Part shown: positions 1-8,005 of the stretch, in pieces | Layout of the letters: the number at the start of each line of letters is the position of its first letter | Position numbering within the stretch: position 1 is the first letter of the stretch | Assembly: GCA_964648205.1 (NCBI GenBank) | Contig: CAZYNT010000003.1 | Location: 5,357-69,356, forward strand | Origin: an uncultured Gammaproteobacteria bacterium | GTDB taxonomy: Bacteria > Patescibacteriota > Patescibacteriia > Patescibacteriales > UBA12465 | Reading direction: 5' to 3' | Length of the DNA stretch: 64,000 nucleotides | Position numbers and translations under genes: made by a program | The notes under the pieces: model-generated | Told to the model about the DNA's origin: nothing | The model's input: the letters and a program-made list of their open reading frames with translations, nothing else | Database searches by the model: none

Positions 1-52
1 CAATACCCGCCTCAAGCCGACGCGGGAGCATTTAGATTATTTAAGAAAATTT

Positions 53-1642
53 TTGCGGCATAATAAAAAATTATTTTTAGCCGCCGTTTCTTTGTTGTTT
101 ATTCAAGGATTGGCGGAGATCGGCTTGATTGTGGTGAGCCATCAGTATTTAAAGGCTGATGCTAAATTTTCTGTTTTGGTAAATAGCCGGAATCTTTTCC
201 TGCTAATTGCGGTTGGAGCGCTATTGTATTTATTGTCATCTTTTATTGCCGTTAAATCGGAGCGGACGCTGATTATTAAATTGATTAATGAATTGCGCTT
301 AAAATGGTTTAAGTTGTCTTTGTTCCAGTCAGCCAAAGAGAGGAATTTGGAGGCCAAAGGCGCGTTACTGGCAAAAATTTCTTATCACTTGTCTTTACTT
401 TCCACAGGCTTGGGGAATAGCCTGGCCGGAGCTGTCCGCTGGTTTATTTTGATATTAATTCTTGTCTTTTTGAATTTTATTTTCGGCTGGAAATTTCTTT
501 GGTTGTCTATTAGCGCCGTGGCCGGCAGCTTGGCGGTTGCTGTGGGCGCTTTTTATATTTCCAGGAATTATGTCACCAGAGAGACGACCTTTTTTTCTCG
601 GATTATTAAATTAGTGGATTTTACCTTGTCGGATTGGCAGTTTACTAAATATTTCGGGCGCGAGAGAGAAACTCTGGCCGACTTCAATGAATTAGTGGAT
701 TTTGATTCTTATTTCCGCGTGCGGCGCGATCTTTGGCTGCGTTTTTCTGGCAGTTTGGTTTTTGTGATTTTGATATTGTTAAGCTGGTTGGTTAGCCTGT
801 TTAATGAACCGCTTTTGGCGTTTTTCGCAACCGGCGCCGATAGCCGCTTTATCTTGATAATATTTTTGATTTATCTTTCCCGCCTAATGTACGAAGGTTT
901 GCGGGTCGGCCTTTATTCCGTGCCTTTCGCCCTGGGTTTGATTTTATCTGTCCCGGAGAAGAGCGCCGGCAAGATTTCCCGCCGCCTGGAACCGCCCTTT
1001 CAGGAGATAGTTTTCCAATTAGTTAAAGCCAAGTTATTCAAGCGGGCGGCCTATCAGAATAACCTTAATTTTTGTTTTCATCGCGGCGGCCGCTATTTGG
1101 TGAGCGCCGCGCCCCGGCGCGGCAAAAGCATCTTGGCGCGTCTTTTTGTCGGTTTGGGGCAATATGCGCGCCGCGCCTGGATAATCAAAGCGGACAAGAA
1201 AAGATTTTTTTATAATGATTTTTTCGCCGCCTATTCTGGTTTTTATAATATTGACCCCGGGTTTGCCAGCAGTCGGACGATACTTGAGGTCGCCTTGGGC
1301 AAAGAAAAAACCAGGATCAAGGAAGAAGAATTTATCCGGCTGTCCGCGCTAGTTAATAATCACGAAGAACTGCGGGATATATTTTTTGAGAGGAACGATT
1401 GGCGGCTGCGAGCCGATAGATTTGCGAATAATGCTAAGAACGTCTTATTGCTTCAAGTTCTTTACTGCTTAACAAGAAAACCGTTTTTAATTACGGTTGA
1501 TAATTTTTGGCTGGATCGCGGCGATACGGAGATTGACGCTCTTTTATGTCTTTTGGCGAAGGAACTGCCCGATAGCATTATAGTTTTCTTCGCCGGCGCG
1601 AAACGCGACTTGCTGCCCTATGATAAGTCATATGAAATTTAA
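53..1642 (+). CDS. ABC exporter-type protein: N-terminal multi-TM domain fused to a degenerate nucleotide-binding domain
   Basis: Track ORF with a TTG start at 53. The N-terminal half is hydrophobic and laid out like an ABC exporter. The C-terminal half aligns by eye to an ABC ATPase, but the motifs are eroded: Walker A-like SAAPRRGKS, Walker B-like FLITVDNFW, no LSGGQ, no H-loop His. The frame stays open back to window position 2, so the true start may lie upstream of the window. Confidence 0.6.
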   Translation: MRHNKKLFLAAVSLLFIQGLAEIGLIVVSHQYLKADAKFSVLVNSRNLFLLIAVGALLYLLSSFIAVKSERTLIIKLINELRLKWFKLSLFQSAKERNLEAKGALLAKISYHLSLLSTGLGNSLAGAVRWFILILILVFLNFIFGWKFLWLSISAVAGSLAVAVGAFYISRNYVTRETTFFSRIIKLVDFTLSDWQFTKYFGRERETLADFNELVDFDSYFRVRRDLWLRFSGSLVFVILILLSWLVSLFNEPLLAFFATGADSRFILIIFLIYLSRLMYEGLRVGLYSVPFALGLILSVPEKSAGKISRRLEPPFQEIVFQLVKAKLFKRAAYQNNLNFCFHRGGRYLVSAAPRRGKSILARLFVGLGQYARRAWIIKADKKRFFYNDFFAAYSGFYNIDPGFASSRTILEVALGKEKTRIKEEEFIRLSALVNNHEELRDIFFERNDWRLRADRFANNAKNVLLLQVLYCLTRKPFLITVDNFWLDRGDTEIDALLCLLAKELPDSIIVFFAGAKRDLLPYDKSYEI

Positions 1643-2894
1643 ACATCTGAAATTTAAATATCGTCGTTTATGGCGTTTGGTCTTTTATTCTTTGGCGGTT
1701 TTCGCCGCTATTTTTATTTTAGCCGCTTTAGCCAAAATGGCGTTTTCGCCATTTTCCTCTTTTCTTAAGCCTTCGAGCCAGCCAGGGCGCAGCGCTATAA
1801 GCGGCGAGCCGGTGGCGGCCGATATTTTTTTTAGCAATGAACCGGAGGCGGACGGGGCTTTGGTTACCGGCACCCAATTGCTGCAATTAATAACCAAGGA
1901 AATTGATCAAGCTCAAAAAACAATTGAAATTGCCATGTATTCTTTAAAATCTCCGATAATAAAAGAGGCGATTTATCGCGCCAATCAGCGCGGCGTTAAA
2001 GTTACTTTAATCTTGGATTCCCGCAAAGCGGCCGTTCATGACCAATTTTTTGGCAATTTGCCGTCGGGAATAAAGCGTTTAGATATTGGTTCTGCCGGCC
2101 AGCCAGTCGCTCTCATGCATCACAAATTCGCTCTTATCGATCGGGGGGCAGATAATGAGAGGCTAATTTTCGGGTCCTTTAATTGGACGGAGTTGCAGGC
2201 AGTCTACGACCGCAGTTTTATTTTTATGACCGGTAACCACGAATTAGTGTCAAGCTTCGGCCGAGAATTTGATCGTTTAGCTAAAGGTGAGGGGGGAAGG
2301 AAAAAGCTTAACGATAATAATTATCATCCCTGGGATTTAAACCTGGAAGCGAATTCTTATCATTACGAAGTCTGGTTCGGGCCGGGCTGGGATGATTATA
2401 GTTTCAACAGGCGCATTTTTAGTTTGTTGGCAGCGGCTAAAAGCGATATCAAGATAATGATTTGGAGTTTTACCGACACCTCTTTGGCGGAAGAAATATT
2501 GCGCCGCGCCCGCACCGGAATAAAAATAACCATCTTGGCCGATAATCTTAATTTTTCCGGCTCAAGCTCCGTTTTTCAAATTCTTAACGAGGCTAAGTCG
2601 AAGGAGAATTTAGCTAATTTAGAAATTTTAAACGACGCCCCGCTCGCCCCGCCCACCCGTCTAATTAGTACGTCCACGGAAGAAGAAGGGAAGGAAGAGC
2701 TGGACCCTTTTCTGCACCACCATCTTTTAATAGTGGATAGCAAAGAGGTATTATTTGGTACTAATAATTGGAGCAAGGGCGGATCATATTCCAATGATGA
2801 ATCCGTGATGGTTAGCGATGATCCGGAAATTTTAAGAAAATTTTTGGATTCTTTCTCTTATAATTATCAACTATTGCGGCCGGGTTTAAATTAG
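1620..2894 (+). CDS. Membrane-anchored phospholipase D superfamily protein (two HKD-type modules)
   Basis: N-terminal TM helix (LVFYSLAVFAAIFILAALA). The first motif is canonical HxKxxxxD (HHKFALID...GSFNWT). The second module reads HHHLLIVD...GTNNWS, with Lys replaced by His. An alternative ATG lies at 1632. The gene overlaps the 3' end of the upstream ABC-like gene. Confidence 0.75.
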   Translation: MISHMKFKHLKFKYRRLWRLVFYSLAVFAAIFILAALAKMAFSPFSSFLKPSSQPGRSAISGEPVAADIFFSNEPEADGALVTGTQLLQLITKEIDQAQKTIEIAMYSLKSPIIKEAIYRANQRGVKVTLILDSRKAAVHDQFFGNLPSGIKRLDIGSAGQPVALMHHKFALIDRGADNERLIFGSFNWTELQAVYDRSFIFMTGNHELVSSFGREFDRLAKGEGGRKKLNDNNYHPWDLNLEANSYHYEVWFGPGWDDYSFNRRIFSLLAAAKSDIKIMIWSFTDTSLAEEILRRARTGIKITILADNLNFSGSSSVFQILNEAKSKENLANLEILNDAPLAPPTRLISTSTEEEGKEELDPFLHHHLLIVDSKEVLFGTNNWSKGGSYSNDESVMVSDDPEILRKFLDSFSYNYQLLRPGLN

Positions 2895-2941
2895 GCGGTT
2901 ATAAATAGAAAACGCTTTTCCGGGGAAGAAAAGAGCCTTTT

Positions 2942-2998
2942 GTTAACTATTGACTATGATATTAACATATGATAACATACTATATATAAGTTAACATA
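2942..2998 (+). promoter_or_regulatory. Putative promoter/operator of the HTH-Doc pair
   Basis: TTGACT at 2950-2955, then a 17-bp spacer, then TAACAT at 2973-2978. The heptamer TAACATA occurs three times (2963-2969, 2973-2979, 2992-2998), and a related GTTAACTA sits at 2942-2949. Confidence 0.35.
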
Positions 2999-3015
2999 GT
3001 TAAAAACTATAAAAT

Positions 3016-3288
3016 ATGGCAATAAACAAAGATACAAATAAAAATTATGTTACCGTTAAAGAGCTGGCGGATATTATTGGGATAAGCCGAGTGGCTGTTT
3101 TTCAGAGAATTAAGGCGGGCAAAATAAAAGCCGGTAAAATCGGCCGCAATTATATTATTTATAAAAATGATGTTCCCGAATTTTTTAATCCTGCTTTGAA
3201 TACTCAAGATAAGAGAGAGCTTGAAAGGGGGGTAAAAAAGGTTTTGCAAGATTATGGTGATGCTTTAAAAATGTTGGGCCATGAATAA
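3016..3288 (+). CDS. Excisionase-family helix-turn-helix protein, putative antitoxin of Doc
   Basis: VTVKELADIIGISRVAVFQRIKAGKIKAGKIGRNYII matches the HTH_17/excisionase-type pattern. The gene is 90 aa and overlaps the downstream Doc gene by 8 nt. Confidence 0.7.
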   Translation: MAINKDTNKNYVTVKELADIIGISRVAVFQRIKAGKIKAGKIGRNYIIYKNDVPEFFNPALNTQDKRELERGVKKVLQDYGDALKMLGHE

Positions 3289-3709
3289 TATGATTAAATC
3301 TTTGAATTTAGAAGAAATAAAATATTTAGCCCATAGTTTGGCTGTCAACACGATGAATTGGAACGAGCCCATTCCCGAGTTTGAAACGCGTTATCCAAAT
3401 ATTTTGGAAAGTTGTATCGTGACCCCTTTTCTCAGATTCGAACGAAAAAATTTATACCGCGGCTTAGCCGGTAAAGGAGCCGCTCTCTTTTATTTGTTGA
3501 TTAAAAACCATCCTTTTCAAAACGGCAATAAAAGATTGGCCGTGACCTCGCTTTTGGTTTTTTTGTATAAAAATGATAAATGGCTGGAAGTTAACAGCAG
3601 GGAATTATATAATCTAGCTGTTTGGGTAGCTCAAAGCCCGCCCATAGCGAAGGATCAAATGTTAATCGTCATTGAAAATTTTATTAAGAAGTATTTAGTC
3701 GGCTTTTAA
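3281..3709 (+). CDS. doc: Doc (death-on-curing) family Fic-fold toxin
   Basis: Contains the Doc-type motif HPFQNGNKR (HxFx[DN][AG]NKR). The size of 142 aa is typical, and the gene is translationally coupled to the small upstream HTH gene. Confidence 0.8.
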   Translation: MNNMIKSLNLEEIKYLAHSLAVNTMNWNEPIPEFETRYPNILESCIVTPFLRFERKNLYRGLAGKGAALFYLLIKNHPFQNGNKRLAVTSLLVFLYKNDKWLEVNSRELYNLAVWVAQSPPIAKDQMLIVIENFIKKYLVGF

Positions 3710-3744
3710 AATAAATCCCGACTCATGGTCTCTTTCGGCCCTTA

Positions 3745-3774
3745 TTGACCCCCCATAAAAATAGAAGGTATAAT
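3745..3774 (+). promoter_or_regulatory. Sigma70-like promoter upstream of the flippase arm of the glycan locus
   Basis: TTGACC at 3745-3750, an 18-bp spacer, then TATAAT at 3769-3774. This lies about 75 nt upstream of the ATG at 3848. Confidence 0.45.
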
Positions 3775-3847
3775 TGAGCCATGAGCCAAAAAATCAAGCC
3801 CGGCGCCGTTTAAAGCGTTTGAAGAAAGGCGTTTAGAATTTAATTTC

Positions 3848-5146
3848 ATGTTAGATAAGATTTTTAAATTTATTGAAAGATTTTTTCCTGCCAAATACCG
3901 CTGGATTTTAAATCATGACGGCTTTAAGCGTTACTTCGCTAATACCGGCTGGATGTTTTTCGGGCAGATGTTTTCGCTTCTTATATCGTTTTTCATTGGG
4001 GCCTGGATCGCCAGATACTTGGGTCCGACTAACTATGGCTTGGTAAGTTATGTTGTTGCTTTTGCTGGATTATTTTCTTTTGTCAGCTCTTTAGGGATAG
4101 ACGGAATTTTGAACCGCGAGCTAATTAGCCACCCAGAGAAGAGAGACGAGCTCATGGGGACCGGCTTTGTTCTGAAATTATTTGGCGGCGGCTTAGCTTT
4201 TATCTTTTCATTAATTTCAGCCTTTGTTTTTAATTCCGACCATTTAATGAGAGCTTTACTGGTATTATTCAGCTTGTCTTTTGTTCTCCAGGCGCCATTT
4301 GTCATCAATATTTTTTTCCAATCCCAGGTCAGGGCACGGGAGAACTTTAAAGTACAATTCTTCGGGACCTTGATCTCTTCCTGCTTGAAAGTCATTTTAA
4401 TTCTGGCCGGGGGCGGAGTAATCTGGTTGATTCTAATTTACGCGCTCGACTCTTTATGGCAGGGGATCTTCCTATTTCTTTTTTATAAAAGGGAGAATCT
4501 TAAGATTTCTTCCTGGCGCTTCAAAGTCCGGATTGCCGGCAGGCTCTGGCACGATTCCTGGCCGCTGATGTTATCGTCGGCCGCCGCTTTTATATATTCC
4601 CGAATAGACCAAGTAATGCTCGGCAAAATGATGAATGAGACGGCGGTCGGGCTTTATTCGGCGGGAGTAAAAATAACGGAAGTTTTTAACTTCATTCCCG
4701 GGATTGTTTGCGGCTCGTTATTTCCGGCTATAATAAACGCTAAAAAAACCAGTCAAAAAATATACAATCGGCGTCTGAGCAACCTTTATGGTCTTATGGG
4801 ATTATTAGCTTTTATAATCGCTCTGATTATAACTTTATCAGCCGAGCCGATAATTAATTGGCTGTTCGGCGCGCAATATTTAGAATCGGCTGTCGTTTTA
4901 AAAATTTACATTTGGTCGAGCATGGGACTGTTCATTGGAACCGGAATGACAACATATCTAATCGCAGAGAATAAAAGTAAAATTATCTTTTTTATCCATT
5001 TTTTGGCGATGGCCGTTAATGTCGTCCTGAATTTAATCCTTATTCCGCCCTATGGTATAGTCGGCGCCGCTTGGGCGACGACCATTTCTTATTCCATCTT
5101 ATCTCTATATATATTTTTGCCGAAAAGCAAAAAGAATGCGATATGA
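3848..5146 (+). CDS. MOP-superfamily polysaccharide flippase (Wzx-like)
   Basis: 432 aa with about 12 predicted TM helices. The N-terminus looks like Polysacc_synt (NTGWMFFGQMFSLLISFFIGAWIARYLGPTNYG). Glycosyltransferase genes follow directly. Confidence 0.75.
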   Translation: MLDKIFKFIERFFPAKYRWILNHDGFKRYFANTGWMFFGQMFSLLISFFIGAWIARYLGPTNYGLVSYVVAFAGLFSFVSSLGIDGILNRELISHPEKRDELMGTGFVLKLFGGGLAFIFSLISAFVFNSDHLMRALLVLFSLSFVLQAPFVINIFFQSQVRARENFKVQFFGTLISSCLKVILILAGGGVIWLILIYALDSLWQGIFLFLFYKRENLKISSWRFKVRIAGRLWHDSWPLMLSSAAAFIYSRIDQVMLGKMMNETAVGLYSAGVKITEVFNFIPGIVCGSLFPAIINAKKTSQKIYNRRLSNLYGLMGLLAFIIALIITLSAEPIINWLFGAQYLESAVVLKIYIWSSMGLFIGTGMTTYLIAENKSKIIFFIHFLAMAVNVVLNLILIPPYGIVGAAWATTISYSILSLYIFLPKSKKNAI

Positions 5147-6234
5147 AAATTCTTTTAGTTATAACTAAGGCGGAAATCGGCGGGGCGCAAGCATTTGTTC
5201 TTAACTTGGCGACCGGATTAAAAAAAAGCGGGCATGAAGTTACCGTCGCCTTCGGCGAAGGAGAATACTTATCCCAAGAATTGGAAAATGACAAGATTCC
5301 TTTCCTGCGCTTAAAGAATTTAAAAAGAAGCCGCAACCCATTTAAGATTTTTTCTTTCATTTTTGAGTTGAAAAAAATAATTGATCAAGAAGGCTTCGAA
5401 GTGGTCCATCTCAATAGTACCAATACCTTACCTGGAGTTTTTTCGGCCCGCTTATCTGGAAAAAAGCCAAAAACTGTTTTTACCGTACACGGCTTGTCGG
5501 TTCTAGATAAAAATTATAAAGCTCCCGGTTTAGTCAAGGCTTTATTTAGGAACTATTTTAAATTTTTCTTAAATTTCGCCGATCAAATAGTCTTCGTGAG
5601 CCAATATAATTCAGATGAAATGGCCGGAAAGAAAAAAGTAAAAAATTGTTCGGTCATTTATAACGGCTTAGATATCGAATCTGATGATTTTCTAAGCGCC
5701 GAAGAAGCGAGGCGGGAATTAGGCAAAGTAATCGGCCGGTTTCCTATAGACGGATATTTGCTCGGTTCTATCGGCCGCTTGGCGATTCAAAAAAATTATA
5801 ATTTTTTGATAGATAATTGGCCGGTAATAAAGAAAACAAAACCGGAAGCAAAATTATTAATAATTGGAGATGGACCGGAAAGAAAAAGATACCAGGAAAT
5901 GATTGATAAATTAAATCTAAGCGATGACATTTTTTTGCCGGGCGAATTAAAAAATGCCCGCCGTTTACTGAAGGGGTTTGATTTGTTTGTTTTGCCTTCG
6001 ATTTATGAAGGCCTGTCAATATCTTTGATTGAGGCCGTATTAGCCGGTATTCCGGCTCTAGCCAGCGATGTCGGCGGCAATAGGGAAGTTATTGGGATTA
6101 ATAATTGCTTCAAACTTGATAGCCAAGAAGATTTTTTGTTAAAGTTGGAAAATTATACGGCGGCAGGAATAGATCATTCCGTCTTCAGCGCCGAGTCGAT
6201 GGCTAAAAAATATTTAGAAATTTATGGAATTTAG
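5143..6234 (+). CDS. Glycosyltransferase family 4
   Basis: I place the start at the internal ATG (MKILLVITKAEIGGAQ), which forms an ATGA overlap with the flippase stop. The C-terminus carries the GT4 motif (PSIYEGLSISLIEA...G.P). Confidence 0.8.
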   Translation: MKILLVITKAEIGGAQAFVLNLATGLKKSGHEVTVAFGEGEYLSQELENDKIPFLRLKNLKRSRNPFKIFSFIFELKKIIDQEGFEVVHLNSTNTLPGVFSARLSGKKPKTVFTVHGLSVLDKNYKAPGLVKALFRNYFKFFLNFADQIVFVSQYNSDEMAGKKKVKNCSVIYNGLDIESDDFLSAEEARRELGKVIGRFPIDGYLLGSIGRLAIQKNYNFLIDNWPVIKKTKPEAKLLIIGDGPERKRYQEMIDKLNLSDDIFLPGELKNARRLLKGFDLFVLPSIYEGLSISLIEAVLAGIPALASDVGGNREVIGINNCFKLDSQEDFLLKLENYTAAGIDHSVFSAESMAKKYLEIYGI

Positions 6235-7117
6235 TCTTGTTATCCCAACCTATAATCGGGAAAAGGATTTGGAAAAATGCCTGGAGTCAATTTTCGGGCA
6301 GACTTTGCTGCCGCAGGAAATCATTATTATTAATGATGGAGATAATTTAGATAATTTCATCGGCACTTGGAAAGAAAGATTGTCTTTTAAAAATATCAAG
6401 CTCATTTATTATAAGAAAGACCATGAAATCGAAAGACGGGGCTTAGCGGAATCGAAAAATAAAGCGTTGGAGCTGGTTAATAATAAAATCTTTTTTATTT
6501 TTGATGATGATGTCGTTTTAGAGCCGGACTTTTGCGAATTGGTTATGAAAATTTGGGAAAAAGAAAAAGTTGATCAAAAGCTGATTGGTGTTGGCGGTAT
6601 TATAAAAAATAGGCGGAAACGATCAGCCCCAGAAAAAATTTTCCATAGTTTTTTCGGCATAAGTTCAAGATACGCTTGGGATGTTAATCCGGTCGGATTC
6701 CAGGTTTGGGACGAAGAAATTAAGGAAGCCTCGTTAGGCTATTATGCCCATGGCGGCGTCTGCTCCTATAATTTAGACTTGGCTAGAGAATTAAAATTTT
6801 CGACTTTTTCGGGCGGGCGGACAGCGCTTGAAGATGTTGATTTTTGCTTACGTGCGAAAATAAAAGACTATCATTTTATAATCGAACCGAAGGCTGAATT
6901 GTGCCATTATCCAAGTTTCACTTCAAGAGAGCATATGTTTATGATGGGGTATAAAGAAGGTTATAATCGAAAAGTTATATTTAAATCAATGAATAAAAAA
7001 CCAAGCCTTTCTTTATGGGTTTGGTTTTTCTGGGCTAATTGCGGTTGGATACTTAGGCAGTTTCTGGCCGGTAATTTCCGAAAGGGAGCGGGGATGCTGA
7101 AAGGACTAGCGGCTTAA
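6224..7117 (+). CDS. Glycosyltransferase family 2
   Basis: N-terminus FSLVIPTYNREKDLEKCLESIFGQT...IIIINDG and a DDD acidic motif (FIFDDDV). Confidence 0.75.
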   Translation: MEFSLVIPTYNREKDLEKCLESIFGQTLLPQEIIIINDGDNLDNFIGTWKERLSFKNIKLIYYKKDHEIERRGLAESKNKALELVNNKIFFIFDDDVVLEPDFCELVMKIWEKEKVDQKLIGVGGIIKNRRKRSAPEKIFHSFFGISSRYAWDVNPVGFQVWDEEIKEASLGYYAHGGVCSYNLDLARELKFSTFSGGRTALEDVDFCLRAKIKDYHFIIEPKAELCHYPSFTSREHMFMMGYKEGYNRKVIFKSMNKKPSLSLWVWFFWANCGWILRQFLAGNFRKGAGMLKGLAA

Positions 7118-8001
7118 TTAAAAAGTTTTCGATATTCGTCTATTTTTTTATATTCCTCGGTTGGGCGGAAAGCAGAAATTTGCTTTCTGTTTTTTATTTT
7201 TTTTAGCCCTTCCACTGCTGAATAGATAATTTTTTTGATTATTTCCGGCAAGCGGGAAAGAGCTGAGTTATATTTGTAATGTCTTGTCCAAAAAGCTAAT
7301 AAAAGATCAAGGCCCGCATATTTTCCAGATAGATTTTTATAAAGATTAAGAGCATTCTTGTAGCGCTCGGCCATTATCTGGCTATTTTTCATTCCAGAAA
7401 GAGTATTTTTATCAGAATTCATGATAGTTAGCACTTTATCCATATGGATATCTTCGTCTTTTTTTAAACTTCCTTCGGCCTTGGCAATTTCCAATTTAGC
7501 CGCTATCAGGCCATCTTCAATGCCTAGGTATTTTTTGTTTTCTTCCGGAATTGGAAAAAGAAAATCGGCCGATTCCCGCCTAAAGGTTAAGCAAGAAAAA
7601 TTGCCGCCGTTTATTTTAGTAAAACATTTTTTGTCGGTATTATAAACGATTGCTCGGCAGGTTGAAACTTTCGCGCCGGCGTTTATGGATTTTATCTGTA
7701 ATTCTAACTTTTCCGGCAGCCAGATATCGTCATGCTCTAAAATCGCGATAATATCGCCTTTAGCCAGTTTGATCCCTAAATTTAAAGAAGCGGCCAGCCC
7801 CTTGTTCTCCAGCTGGTTAATCAGTTTGATGCGTTTATTCTGATTAGAAAATTGACTGACGGTTTCCGAGGAATTATCCGGAGAGCCGTCGTTGATAACG
7901 AGAGCTTCCCAATTAGAATAGGTCTGCCTTAATAAGGAGGGAAGAGAGTAATTTTTCAGCGCCGCCGCGCCGTTATAGGTTGGTATTATCACTGAGACCA
8001 T
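7114..8001 (-). CDS. Glycosyltransferase family 2
   Basis: VSVIIPTYNGAAAL...LVINDGSPDNS and ILEHDDIW (DxD-type). Its stop codon overlaps the stop of the convergent gene ending at 7117. Confidence 0.75.
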   Translation of the reverse strand: MVSVIIPTYNGAAALKNYSLPSLLRQTYSNWEALVINDGSPDNSSETVSQFSNQNKRIKLINQLENKGLAASLNLGIKLAKGDIIAILEHDDIWLPEKLELQIKSINAGAKVSTCRAIVYNTDKKCFTKINGGNFSCLTFRRESADFLFPIPEENKKYLGIEDGLIAAKLEIAKAEGSLKKDEDIHMDKVLTIMNSDKNTLSGMKNSQIMAERYKNALNLYKNLSGKYAGLDLLLAFWTRHYKYNSALSRLPEIIKKIIYSAVEGLKKIKNRKQISAFRPTEEYKKIDEYRKLFN

Positions 8002-8005
8002 ATTA

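Noticed and set aside
3112-3141. An apparent in-frame duplication, KAGKIKAGKI, in the HTH antitoxin.
   Set aside because: It coincides with the conserved G-K-(I/L)-x-x-x-K-I-G wing segment of excisionase-type HTH domains. It is therefore more likely family sequence than a recent duplication.
5071-5142. N-terminal extensions suggested by the ORF track for the GT4 gene. The same issue arises at 37551-37616 (U32), 32386-32436 (small TM protein), 61887-61934 (ABC exporter), 10375-10410 (GT11) and 21283-21291 (holB).
   Set aside because: The extensions overlap the preceding gene and encode non-homologous, odd-composition peptides. Internal ATGs give N-termini that match the family consensus and produce the ATGA-type or 1-4 nt junctions common in this window.
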